From positions 1-64,000 of the IMG/VR virus record IMGVR_UViG_3300032304_000700: a stretch of 64,000 nt of DNA; one strand, 5' to 3'. The DNA comes from a virus. The notes under the pieces are model-generated. The model was not told where the DNA came from and ran no database searches. It saw only the letters and a program-made list of their open reading frames with translations. A program made the position numbers and the translations under genes. This document shows, piece after piece, positions 45,850-55,866 of the stretch. Position 1 is the stretch's first letter, and each line of letters begins with the position of its first letter.

Positions 45850-46723
45850 TTATAATTTTATTTTCTTTTATATAATTATACAATTCTTCTGCCCATATTT
45901 TGTGTGAGGATGGTGATGGGTGCCAACCACTATAAACATCTTCTTTATTGTTTAATTCCATAAAACTTTTAAATGTATTATTAATTTTATTTTTTTTATA
46001 AAATCTAATATCATCGATTATGTTCCACATTGATAAATATTCTTGTTTATAATATTTTCTTTTAATATCATTAGATGACTGATAGGGGTGTAAATTCAAA
46101 TCTAATTTAGATATTTCATCGGTAATGTTTACATCAAACCATTCATTTGGAGATTTTCCCACATTTTGATAAAAAGAATTAAAACACATCCAATTAATGT
46201 TATATGTTCTACAAAAATTTTGAAATTGTAAAATATTTGTAATGTGTCTTGGTAAGTATTCTTCTTTATTCCAAAGATATTCTACATAGTAATCCCAAAA
46301 TATTTTTTGATTTTCTATTTGTAAATTTGGTATAGAAGGCCATATTCTTAATTTTTGAGAATTGTTCTCATCTTTATACCAAAAAGAATTTCTTTCAGGG
46401 GATGACCATCCAACCAATAAAAATAAATCATTTGTAGGTATTTCTTTTGAAATATAATTTGAAATAACAAATGATATAATTCTATTTAATATAGTTCCAT
46501 TGTCATCTGCAGGCCATGCTAAATTTATTAAATTTGCATTTAATTTTTCTGCAAGGTATGTTGGGAATATTTTTGATAATCTATAAGGTGTATTATCTTC
46601 AATCCAATCATATTCTCCCATATGTTTATCGAATGGTTGTGTTTTTATTATATCAGGGTCTACAATTTCTGAACCAAATACCCAACTGTCTCCATCACAT
46701 ATTATAGTTAATTTATTTTTCAT
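45842..46723 (-). CDS. SGNH/GDSL-like protein (paralog 5)
   Basis: DGDSWVFG; NLAWPADDN; GWSSPER; GWHPS..SH..WA. Confidence 0.65.
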   Translation of the reverse strand: MKNKLTIICDGDSWVFGSEIVDPDIIKTQPFDKHMGEYDWIEDNTPYRLSKIFPTYLAEKLNANLINLAWPADDNGTILNRIISFVISNYISKEIPTNDLFLLVGWSSPERNSFWYKDENNSQKLRIWPSIPNLQIENQKIFWDYYVEYLWNKEEYLPRHITNILQFQNFCRTYNINWMCFNSFYQNVGKSPNEWFDVNITDEISKLDLNLHPYQSSNDIKRKYYKQEYLSMWNIIDDIRFYKKNKINNTFKSFMELNNKEDVYSGWHPSPSSHKIWAEELYNYIKENKIINE

Positions 46724-47361
46724 TAAATTAATTTTTTATCATTTATAAAATTAACCATTAAATGATTTGCAAAGTCTCTATGTCCTTTGAATGACCAATG
46801 GTTATCATTTATTTTATTATTAGTTGCAGTTTTAATATTTTCAAATGATGTCCATAAATCAGTAACTTCCCAAAATATACAATTATTAATTTTTTTAGAA
46901 TATAAAAATTTTTCAATAAATGCATATCTAAAATTAGTTCTATCAATGAAAGATTGGTCATTTACTAAATTTAAAAAATAAATAATATGTTCACCTTCTT
47001 CTTTACTAAATCCCAATTGTATCAATAAATCATAGGCCGATGGGGTGATAGTTGTAAATCGTTTGTACAATGGTAAATTTATATTTTGATTATTTGGAAT
47101 ATCAAATCTATGATAAAAAGTTTTACCAATTATAACAAAATCATTTTCACCTATTAAATGGTGATTTTCTAATATACTATCTATTATTCTGTCGTTTGAT
47201 AGTGAACCATATCCAAAATTTACAAGTTCTAAATTTAATTTAGATGCAATAATTTCAGCCCAATGAAAATCATTTAATTTTCTATATAATATAGAATATT
47301 CATCTTCTTCATGAGTTTTATTAAATGTAAAAGAATCACCAAAAGTAAACAATTTATTCAT
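46723..47361 (-). CDS. SGNH/GDSL-like protein (paralog 6)
   Basis: FGDSFT; NFGYGSLSN; DNHWS..GH..FA. Confidence 0.65.
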   Translation of the reverse strand: MNKLFTFGDSFTFNKTHEEDEYSILYRKLNDFHWAEIIASKLNLELVNFGYGSLSNDRIIDSILENHHLIGENDFVIIGKTFYHRFDIPNNQNINLPLYKRFTTITPSAYDLLIQLGFSKEEGEHIIYFLNLVNDQSFIDRTNFRYAFIEKFLYSKKINNCIFWEVTDLWTSFENIKTATNNKINDNHWSFKGHRDFANHLMVNFINDKKLI

Positions 47362-47364
47362 ATA

Positions 47365-48234
47365 CTATATTTTACCAAAAGAAGGGCCATACCAATCCAT
47401 TGATAGTTGTCTAATTTCTTTCCAATCTTCCATACTATGTAGGTTTCGGTCTTCCGCTGCTTTTCTAACTAAATAATAATTAGTAGTGTGTTCACCTTTT
47501 GGGTGTATATTCCAATTTACTAAATGTTTATATAATGTAGTTCCAGGTCCATAATAAAATTCTGGTCCATCCATAATTTCAAATGAATTTAATTTAATAA
47601 AATCATTATAAATAATTTTATGTTGCCAACGATACGCTTGTGCAATTATATCCATAGTTGGTGAATCTGCATAAAAAAAGATATCATCAAATGATGTATA
47701 ATTAAATTCTCTTGTAAATCTTGGTAAATATGATGAAGATGCATATGCAACAAATGGTTCTGTTGGATGTATATAAAACTTATTGGTCATTACTCCAAAT
47801 TTATTTTCTTCATCTAATGGAAAATTCAAATCAAATCTACCTTTTATTACTAAATCATAAACAAATTCATTTTCTATTTCATATTTTCTTTTTAAAAAAA
47901 CACTTTTCATAAAACTATAAAAAAGTGGAGACCATGCATTTGTAAATCGTGATTGTTCAAAATGTTCAAACTCCATTAAAACAGGATTGAATGCATTTTG
48001 AATTGCCAATCTATCATTATCATCTAATGTATAAATGGTAGATTCTTCTCTTTGTGTTGCATCGGTTTCTCTGTAAGAATTTATGTCCCAGGTATGAATA
48101 AAAAAATCAACTTTAACACGTTGTTTTGTATTATTGTTTATTTTTATATCAAAATAATTTAATATGTTTTCTACTGCGTTTTTCCATGTTCTCGATTGAC
48201 CTGTTAAACACACTGCAACTCTAAATGTTTTCAT
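47365..48234 (-). CDS. Putative glycosyltransferase (A.C..GQ.R / D.F.HTW / YD.VI..R.D family)
   Basis: VAVCLTGQSR...DFFIHTWD...YDLVIKGRFDL; the pattern is familiar from viral and bacterial glycan clusters. Confidence 0.55.
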   Translation of the reverse strand: MKTFRVAVCLTGQSRTWKNAVENILNYFDIKINNNTKQRVKVDFFIHTWDINSYRETDATQREESTIYTLDDNDRLAIQNAFNPVLMEFEHFEQSRFTNAWSPLFYSFMKSVFLKRKYEIENEFVYDLVIKGRFDLNFPLDEENKFGVMTNKFYIHPTEPFVAYASSSYLPRFTREFNYTSFDDIFFYADSPTMDIIAQAYRWQHKIIYNDFIKLNSFEIMDGPEFYYGPGTTLYKHLVNWNIHPKGEHTTNYYLVRKAAEDRNLHSMEDWKEIRQLSMDWYGPSFGKI

Positions 48235-48986
48235 TATATCAAATTTAGCTTTGGTTCAATTGGAATATTTAATCTTTTTATTTTTATATCAAACATTCTT
48301 AAAAAAAATCCAAAAATTAATTCATTGGATGTATTTTTATTAAAATGTGTCTCATTTAACATTGGTAACATATTATATATGGATGTTATTATATCAAATG
48401 TATGAGAGTTTGCAAAAAATAGATTGTAATCAATTTTATCGTATGGAAAAGTAAATGTTTTAATTGCCGATGCCGTATAAATAGTTTTATTTTCAGGTAT
48501 ACAAAATTGGTCTGCTATTAAATTGTAACTAATTGTATCGAATTCAATATCTGGAGTTATTCTAATACAAACATCATATTCAAAATTATTAGATAATTCA
48601 TATTCTCTTTTTAAATGTGCAGACATCATTAAACTATATAGTTCCGGGCCGTACTTCGATATTAGACAATTTTGTGTTTCATCATTTGTAAAGTTTTTTC
48701 TAAGTTCATTTAAATGAGTTTCTCTACTATTGTATTTATCAAAATTATCGATTATTATTGATTTAGGTTTAATAAAATTTTTAAAATCTTCCAATGAAGA
48801 GTTGTGAATAATTTGGGTTTGATTGTGTTTAATATCAAAGTCCCAAGTATGAACAAATACATCAAATGATGTCTTTTCACTTGAAAATTGTGATAGTGCA
48901 CTTAATTTATAAAACAAATTTATCCAACTTTGATATTTGTTTGGCCAATTGTTTAAATGTCCTGATATACAAAATGCAAATTTCAT
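48234..48986 (-). CDS. Putative glycosyltransferase, paralog of 47365..48234
   Basis: FAFCISGHL...DVFVHTWD...KREYE..N.F.YDVCIRITPDI. Confidence 0.55.
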   Translation of the reverse strand: MKFAFCISGHLNNWPNKYQSWINLFYKLSALSQFSSEKTSFDVFVHTWDFDIKHNQTQIIHNSSLEDFKNFIKPKSIIIDNFDKYNSRETHLNELRKNFTNDETQNCLISKYGPELYSLMMSAHLKREYELSNNFEYDVCIRITPDIEFDTISYNLIADQFCIPENKTIYTASAIKTFTFPYDKIDYNLFFANSHTFDIITSIYNMLPMLNETHFNKNTSNELIFGFFLRMFDIKIKRLNIPIEPKLNLI

Positions 48987-48987
48987 T

Positions 48988-49734
48988 TTAAAAATAAATG
49001 TTGTTTTCTATATAAAATTGAAAATAATTACCTATACCAGTCATATCCCATATTTTATATTCAGTTGAATTTTTAAAATCACAAAATATTTTATATTTGT
49101 CTTTATATGGTATAGATTCATTTAATATAGGTAATCCCTGAAATGTATCCGTTTCTAAATATTTATTTTCATAATTACTTTTTGCATCGATAACATCTGT
49201 AATTTTTAATTTATCATTTAATGCAAATAATAATTTATATTCAAATGAACCAATATTTTTATATTCATCTTCAGTAATCATATTACCACATCCCAACCAT
49301 ATTAAAGAATCGGTATATGTTAGTTTTTTCATATTCGTATATTCTATAAAACAAACAAGATTATCATTTACATATAAATTAATAATTGAATTAACATCAT
49401 CACATATCACTACATATTCATTAAATTCATTTTCTAATTCAGTTGGTAATGTATATGTTGCATTCTTGCAAATAATTTCTTCGTTGGAATCAAAAAACCA
49501 ATAATTTAATTGAATCATTGTATTTCCATCATCATTTAATATTGCAGAAAGTCCACAATGTCTACCATTTCTTGCAAAAAAATATGAAGGATTTTCTTTC
49601 ATTATAGATTCTTTTATAATTTTTACACTTGCAAAAATAGTAAAATCTTTTTCCATAAAATCATCAATTCTTTTTGATGTCTCATATCTTCCAACTGGAA
49701 GAATACAAAATATATTATCTTTATTGACTATCAT
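48988..49734 (-). CDS. Stand-alone LamG-like protein resembling the inserts of the GT7 enzymes
   Basis: FTIFAS...INLYVND...IWLGCGN...YKIWDMTGIGN parallels ITLFAS...FYLGAGDP...YKLIDLSANNN in 52598..54019. Confidence 0.55.
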   Translation of the reverse strand: MIVNKDNIFCILPVGRYETSKRIDDFMEKDFTIFASVKIIKESIMKENPSYFFARNGRHCGLSAILNDDGNTMIQLNYWFFDSNEEIICKNATYTLPTELENEFNEYVVICDDVNSIINLYVNDNLVCFIEYTNMKKLTYTDSLIWLGCGNMITEDEYKNIGSFEYKLLFALNDKLKITDVIDAKSNYENKYLETDTFQGLPILNESIPYKDKYKIFCDFKNSTEYKIWDMTGIGNYFQFYIENNIYF

Positions 49735-49737
49735 AAA

Positions 49738-51153
49738 TTATAATTTAATACTTTTGCAAAAATGATAAAATTCTTCCAATTCAGGGAATGTTTTACAAAA
49801 ATCAGTTCCTCTTCTAATATCATGATTAGAAAAATATTGATAAAAATTATATCTGTTTTTCATTTGTTGTTCTATATCTTGTGGTGAAATCATCCAATCG
49901 TAAATTCTTTTCACTTTTTGTACCTCCACATCACTATATCCAATATATTCCGGTGTGAATGATGGGGATGCATAATAGGTTATTAATTTGGATTGTTCTA
50001 AAATATATTTAGAAAAATCATATGGTAAAATTTGAACAGTTTGATGTTGTGGATGTCTTAAGTAAGATGAATCTAAAAATGTTGCAGAATTCCAATATCT
50101 ATCGGTTGAACCATATTCTCTTTTTAAATTATAAACTTCAGTAATTAACTTATTATAATTAAATAAACTTAATGCATTATACGTAGACATAAAAGTTATA
50201 TTAGTTCTTTTTAATGAACCTAATATTTTATTTACATTGTCCCAAAAACGATTAAATTCTAATCCTGTTCTAATATATTCAGCTTGTTCTCCCCATGTAT
50301 CAGTAGATGTAAAAATTACAATTTCTTTAACTCTATCTTCACCTTCTATTATTTTAAGTTTTTCTATAAATTTATCTATCAAATTATCCGGTGCACCTAA
50401 ATTTGAATTAATTGCTAATTTTAATTCTTTGTTTGGATTTTTATTTTCAATTATAAAATCTAATACACCCCACGTATCTTTCGATAATAGTGGTTCTCCT
50501 CCGGTAATTCTAAATGTATGTAAATCTCTATATAATTCTGGCCACCACTTCCAAAAGGCTTCTACATATGGATTATATTGACTATGTGGGATTGGGAATT
50601 TATCTTCAGCCTTTAACCATGCATCACCATTGAATCCATCTAATGTTGGATATGCACCAAATTTATTTATTTCCTCAACCCACTTGGAACTATATGCAGG
50701 GCCACAATATGAACATTTAAAATTACAAGCATTACTAAATGCAACTTCTACATATTTTGGATTATAATCATCTCTCCAATTTGAATTAAATATTTCTTCT
50801 TTAAATGGGAGTGACCAACTTTCTCCTGATTTAAAGATTCTATCACTAAACCTATCCGAATTATCTTCTACATTCCAACAATAATCACATTCGGTGGGCC
50901 TTGCACCACTTAACATTTCTTTTCTACGAAGTTTTTTATATCTCGTATTATGTAGTGCAGATGGATTTCTTGCAATTTCCGTTTCTGATATTTTATGAGT
51001 ACGAGGGTGGTGGCATGAGTGATTGTGGCCACTTTGTAATTGTAAAGTTACTTGTGTCCATTTTGCCAAACACATTCCATTTCCTACTTGATTTAAATCT
51101 TCTTTTACTTTAACATAAAATGGATTATCAAAATTTCCTTTATCTTCTGCCAT
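49738..51153 (-). CDS. Radical SAM protein with N-terminal twitch/SPASM-like Cys cluster
   Basis: CNFKCSYC (CxxxCxxC), ITGGEPLL; N-term CLAKW...SCHH...CDYCW..E. Confidence 0.9.
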   Translation of the reverse strand: MAEDKGNFDNPFYVKVKEDLNQVGNGMCLAKWTQVTLQLQSGHNHSCHHPRTHKISETEIARNPSALHNTRYKKLRRKEMLSGARPTECDYCWNVEDNSDRFSDRIFKSGESWSLPFKEEIFNSNWRDDYNPKYVEVAFSNACNFKCSYCGPAYSSKWVEEINKFGAYPTLDGFNGDAWLKAEDKFPIPHSQYNPYVEAFWKWWPELYRDLHTFRITGGEPLLSKDTWGVLDFIIENKNPNKELKLAINSNLGAPDNLIDKFIEKLKIIEGEDRVKEIVIFTSTDTWGEQAEYIRTGLEFNRFWDNVNKILGSLKRTNITFMSTYNALSLFNYNKLITEVYNLKREYGSTDRYWNSATFLDSSYLRHPQHQTVQILPYDFSKYILEQSKLITYYASPSFTPEYIGYSDVEVQKVKRIYDWMISPQDIEQQMKNRYNFYQYFSNHDIRRGTDFCKTFPELEEFYHFCKSIKL

Positions 51154-51155
51154 AA

Positions 51156-52601
51156 TTACGATTTTACGTTTATAAGTTTATGTTTGTCAAATATTGTATC
51201 AGTACTAATATATGTATATTTCATATTATTTATACCATCATTTTTATAATTAATATTACCTTGTTGCATTTCTAATATGTATCTTTTTTCATTTTTTGCA
51301 GTAGTGTCTCCTTTTGCCCATTTATCTATTCCACCAACACTTATTAAACCTTCGGTTTGATGTGGTAAACATTTAAATTTGCCGTCGCGTCTGTATGGTA
51401 ATATAGTATGTGGTATTATTATATCATCATTTTCAAAAGAAACATTTTTAATATTAAATTGTGTATTTTCTACATTGTTTTTAATTTTATTATTTGCAAA
51501 TGATAAATCAAATATCATTCCATTTTCTATATCATTTTTATGCAATGATTTTATCTCATTTGGATTTAAACATCTATCCCATATTTTTATTTTAGATATA
51601 TTTCCTTTAAAATATTTAGAATTAGTATCACTTTGGGTTGGTGAATATCCTATATAAAAATCTTCCATTCCATATCTTTTTAATGGTTCTTCAAAAATTA
51701 ATGGTGATAGAGTTCCAGTTCCTAATCTTGCATCACTTTCTCTACCATTTAAATAAAAATGTATTTTTTTATTTGTTGCATCAACTGACATAGTTACCCA
51801 GCTCCATTGGTTTTCATATCTTTTAATCCATTGATATAGATGTTGTTTTTTTCTGTCCCATAACATAGCAGTATATGCTCTACTATTATTGAATGATATA
51901 CCCCAATCAAAACCTGGTTTTCTAAGAATTGGATATTCACAAAATCTTCTTTCGGTGTCACCAATCAAATAAATAGGGACTTTTTCTATTTGTTGTTCTG
52001 CTTTTACTAATATAGAAACAGTATGAGAGTTTGATATGGCATTTCTTAATTTAATATTAACTGGAAATGATATTTTTGAATTTTTACCATTAAAATATCC
52101 AGTTGTATCATTTTCATTATAATCTAATTTAGTTTTTTCGACATATCCTTCCATTACACATCTCCAAAATAGGTCATCATCTTCCATGCCCCAATCCCAA
52201 TAATCATTGGAATATCCATTGGTTTTTTCTACTTGTTCTTTTGAAAATACAACCGCACCCCCAAAGTATTCCTCATATTTTAATTGATAATCCGATTGTG
52301 AAATACGAACTGCAATATGTTGTGGATTTCCTTCTGGAAATGAATAATCACAACTTTCATCTTCTGGTACCATATCAATATCATGCCAAACTATATAATC
52401 ACATCCATCATCAAATGCATATTTTGCAGCAATGTTCTTCATTAAACCTCTATTAAAAAGTTTATCGTCACATTGATGTGCTAGATAAATTGTATGTTCA
52501 ATTCCTCTTTCGGTTAAGAACTTGGATACATGTGGAACAAATATATTCATATGTTCCTCTCTATTTCTATATGGTACGCATACTCCTAATTTGTGGCTCA
52601 T
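51156..52601 (-). CDS. GT7 (beta-1,4-galactosyltransferase-like) glycosyltransferase with inserted LamG domain
   Basis: VPYRNR, FNRG, HDIDM, YFGG, NGYSNDYWDWGMEDDD; then FNGKNSKI...FKGNI..I.IWDR.L...EI; the GT7 C-terminus (L.H...N..R...DG.N) resumes after the insert. Confidence 0.85.
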   Translation of the reverse strand: MSHKLGVCVPYRNREEHMNIFVPHVSKFLTERGIEHTIYLAHQCDDKLFNRGLMKNIAAKYAFDDGCDYIVWHDIDMVPEDESCDYSFPEGNPQHIAVRISQSDYQLKYEEYFGGAVVFSKEQVEKTNGYSNDYWDWGMEDDDLFWRCVMEGYVEKTKLDYNENDTTGYFNGKNSKISFPVNIKLRNAISNSHTVSILVKAEQQIEKVPIYLIGDTERRFCEYPILRKPGFDWGISFNNSRAYTAMLWDRKKQHLYQWIKRYENQWSWVTMSVDATNKKIHFYLNGRESDARLGTGTLSPLIFEEPLKRYGMEDFYIGYSPTQSDTNSKYFKGNISKIKIWDRCLNPNEIKSLHKNDIENGMIFDLSFANNKIKNNVENTQFNIKNVSFENDDIIIPHTILPYRRDGKFKCLPHQTEGLISVGGIDKWAKGDTTAKNEKRYILEMQQGNINYKNDGINNMKYTYISTDTIFDKHKLINVKS

Positions 52602-54019
52602 ATTGATACTGTAATATGTGTTTGATTTCCTACTGTTGATTTACTTAATTCCTTAAATTTTAAATTAGACAACCCGTCATGTTTTGTATTTTTATGGCCA
52701 GGTGCAACTTCATTTATATATCGTAACTGATTATATCTAGTTGTTATATTTTTCCAAGAACCATTTACGAAACCATTTTCTTCATGTGGTAATAATTCAA
52801 AAGTACAATCTCTTCTATGTGGGATATAAATTATTTTATTTTTTTCAGTAGATACTCCGGCCATTCCACAATTATTAACAATTCCATCATTATTATTGGC
52901 GGATAAATCTATAAGTTTATATTCTTTCATAAATTTGGCATCGTAATAAGTTTTTAATAAATGAGGTGATTGATATTCCCCATAACTTTGACTAAGACCA
53001 AAAAAATCATTTGTGGATATTTCTAAAATTTCTTCTTCTTTCAATATTCCATCAAATATTGCAAATGATTGAATCAATCCTTTAAAGAATTTAGGATTAG
53101 TTTCTCTATTTGGGTCACCTGCTCCTAAATAAAAATATGGTTCTTTTTTATATAAGTGTAATCTATTTTCTATTTTTTTGGAACCAACGATAATACCATC
53201 TTGATACATTGTCACTATTTCATTTTTTGGGTCAATAGTTACACATATATTTGTTTTATAATTTGGTTTTATTTCTGAATTTATATAAATGATATTTTCA
53301 CATGCATCATATATTTCAAAATTATATCTACCATATGAATTATAATTTATACTCATGTCAAATCCAGGTATTGTAAATACTGAAAATGTGTCATCATAAG
53401 TTTCCGGATTACAATTTAATTCTTCCGGCATAAATGATGCAAATAATGTAATCTGATTTTTTGTATCTATTGGATTTTTACCAACTACATATGAGTCTTT
53501 TCCATTAAATTGTAAAGATGCCATATTAACACCTGGCATTTTTATTTCTTTTCTATATAATTCAACATTATGTTCTCTACATCGATGTAGTAAATCATTA
53601 TCCTCATATCCCCAACCCCAATATTCATTTGAGTAACCATTAATTGCTTCAAATATAGAATTAGGAAACATTGTTACTCCACCAAAATATTCGTCAAACA
53701 AAATTCTATTAAAAGATTTGTCAATTGATATAAAATTTGATGCCAAATGTATAGGGTGGTTAGAATAAGTATAATCTGCATCTATTGGTATCATATCTAC
53801 ATCATGAAAGACAATATAATCACATTTTAATTTTTTGGCATAAAAAAATCCTATATTTAATAGTTTTCCTCTATTAAATATTTTAGAATCATCTTGTTCA
53901 ACTACAATTAATTCATAAGGTATATCCGTATTACTTAGATAATTTGATATAACTCTTTTGAATATTAGTAATTGTCTATCTCTAGCCCTGTATGGAACTA
54001 TGATACCTAATTTTTGCAT
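52598..54019 (-). CDS. GT7 glycosyltransferase with inserted LamG domain (paralog)
   Basis: VPYRAR, EQDD..FNRGKLLNIG, HDVDM, FGGV, INGYSNEYWGWGYEDND, LamG insert, DGLSNL. Confidence 0.88.
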   Translation of the reverse strand: MQKLGIIVPYRARDRQLLIFKRVISNYLSNTDIPYELIVVEQDDSKIFNRGKLLNIGFFYAKKLKCDYIVFHDVDMIPIDADYTYSNHPIHLASNFISIDKSFNRILFDEYFGGVTMFPNSIFEAINGYSNEYWGWGYEDNDLLHRCREHNVELYRKEIKMPGVNMASLQFNGKDSYVVGKNPIDTKNQITLFASFMPEELNCNPETYDDTFSVFTIPGFDMSINYNSYGRYNFEIYDACENIIYINSEIKPNYKTNICVTIDPKNEIVTMYQDGIIVGSKKIENRLHLYKKEPYFYLGAGDPNRETNPKFFKGLIQSFAIFDGILKEEEILEISTNDFFGLSQSYGEYQSPHLLKTYYDAKFMKEYKLIDLSANNNDGIVNNCGMAGVSTEKNKIIYIPHRRDCTFELLPHEENGFVNGSWKNITTRYNQLRYINEVAPGHKNTKHDGLSNLKFKELSKSTVGNQTHITVSI

Positions 54020-54189
54020 TACTTATCCTGACTTAATTTATGAAATTCAGTCAAATAATATTGAATACGATTGCTCCACTCATCTTTATCAATTTCTTCA
54101 AACCAAACGGTAAGTGCGTCTAATGAATTTGCAATCTTTTCTAAAGCTTTTATTTTTTTTGTTTCTAATAATAACTCTTCGTCTGTCAT
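54019..54189 (-). CDS. Small 56-aa hypothetical protein (not in ORF track)
   Basis: MTDEELLLETKKIKALEKIANSLDALTVWFEEIDKDEWSNRIQYYLTEFHKLSQDK; TAATG overlap with the GT7 start. Confidence 0.7.
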   Translation of the reverse strand: MTDEELLLETKKIKALEKIANSLDALTVWFEEIDKDEWSNRIQYYLTEFHKLSQDK

Positions 54190-54237
54190 AATTTATTTAT
54201 TTTTAGTAATATATGATTTTTTATTTAAATTACCAAA

Positions 54238-55086
54238 TTATATTGCAATAATTTTTTTAAGTAATTTTATCCATTGTTTATATCCAAATTCTTTTCCTAT
54301 GTATTCAAACATATATTCCGTATTTGTAACATCTATTTCAAAATTATTACTTCTCAATGATTGATACATTTTTAAATATTCATTTGAAAAAGAATAATCT
54401 TTTTTAATATCAGCAACTTCTTTAATCCTTTTAATGCAAGTTGAATCCCATTTGAAATGATGTACCTGAACATTATATTCATCAATAGGTGCAATCAACG
54501 GATGATTCCAACCTTGCCATCTCCATGTTGTTTGTCCGTCTATTTTTGCGTAGTGTTGACCGGGTGTAATTTCAATATATCCCCTCATTATACATATTTT
54601 ATTTGGACATGCACCACTCATTGGGTATCTAAAAAATCCTGCAACTGGAAATTGGTCGAATATATTTTCTTTTTTATTTATCTTTGGAAAATCTCCTGTT
54701 TGGCCAATTCTATCAATGAATCCACCTCTTACTAATTCCCACCCGTTTCTATCACAATCTGAAATTATTTCTTTTAGTGGTTTTGAGTAAATATGTAATT
54801 CATCATCATCCGAAACTACCCACCAATCATTAGGAAATAACATTTTAGTTTCATTATATAATTCGGTAACATATTCCCAATTAAATTTTTCTTTGGTTAC
54901 TCTTTGTACAATTTTTGCTGTATTAAATTCTTTTGTTATTTTTAAAACTTCATTATAAGTACTAGAACCTTCCCACTCATAAACTACTACATACATTTCG
55001 TCCACCAAATCTTTATAATGATTCAGCATATGCCACAAAGTGTCTACCCTGCTGCCAGTAACAGTAACTAATCTTATTTTATTCAT
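54238..55086 (-). CDS. GT-A fold (GT2-like) glycosyltransferase
   Basis: L.HY..LVD, WWVVSDDDE (DxD), GGFIDR, G.H, VHHFKW. Confidence 0.7.
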   Translation of the reverse strand: MNKIRLVTVTGSRVDTLWHMLNHYKDLVDEMYVVVYEWEGSSTYNEVLKITKEFNTAKIVQRVTKEKFNWEYVTELYNETKMLFPNDWWVVSDDDELHIYSKPLKEIISDCDRNGWELVRGGFIDRIGQTGDFPKINKKENIFDQFPVAGFFRYPMSGACPNKICIMRGYIEITPGQHYAKIDGQTTWRWQGWNHPLIAPIDEYNVQVHHFKWDSTCIKRIKEVADIKKDYSFSNEYLKMYQSLRSNNFEIDVTNTEYMFEYIGKEFGYKQWIKLLKKIIAI

Positions 55087-55107
55087 TTAATTTTTTATTA
55101 ATCTTTT

Positions 55108-55866
55108 TTAAAGCTTTCTTGTTAGCAGTGCTAAACCAGTGCTTGTAACTTTTTTATCAAACATACGAAAATTTTTTAAATTTACCAAATTCCATTTTTT
55201 ATCCTCTTCTAATTCTTTAATAAATTTACATGGTCCGTCAAAAGGAACAAAATCTTCCTTTGAATTTTCCGTAACAACTAATGTATCATGGTAGGTTTGG
55301 TCGGTATCGTGAATTGTTATAATACCATTTTCAGACATTATAGTTGAATATAATTCAAAATCTTTTTTAACTCCTTCGTATGAATGGTCTCCGTCAATAT
55401 GTAAATAATCTATTTTCATATCTTGTCTTACAAAATAATCATAAAAAGCTCTTTCGGATGTTTCTAATATAACTTGTGGTGAAAAGTGTTGTCTTAAAAA
55501 ACTATTTTCATTTGTCCAATCGGTAAACCCACCAACACCATTAGCAGCATCTATTATTATTGTAGTTCCAATATCACCCCATTCTGCTTGGCCATTTCCT
55601 TCAAATATATTTTGAGAATGTAAATCCATTCTAGCTTGTGTCATAAGTCTTGGAATAAAACCTCCTCCTGACCCAATACAGACACATATTTTTGCTCTAA
55701 TAAATTGAATGAAAGAATATACCAATAATCCATCACCCAGGTGTAAATCGGTTGCACCATGTGTCCAACGATATTTGACAGGTTCTAAAACTTCTTCATC
55801 ATTTTCGTTTATTGTATGATTATTTGTTAAATACTTTTTTATAAGTACATCATTAAGTAACTGCAT
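55108..55866 (-). CDS. Class I SAM-dependent methyltransferase (Methyltransf_24-like)
   Basis: VCIGSGGG; IDYLHIDGDHSYEGVKKDF...GIITIHDT. Confidence 0.85.
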   Translation of the reverse strand: MQLLNDVLIKKYLTNNHTINENDEEVLEPVKYRWTHGATDLHLGDGLLVYSFIQFIRAKICVCIGSGGGFIPRLMTQARMDLHSQNIFEGNGQAEWGDIGTTIIIDAANGVGGFTDWTNENSFLRQHFSPQVILETSERAFYDYFVRQDMKIDYLHIDGDHSYEGVKKDFELYSTIMSENGIITIHDTDQTYHDTLVVTENSKEDFVPFDGPCKFIKELEEDKKWNLVNLKNFRMFDKKVTSTGLALLTRKL

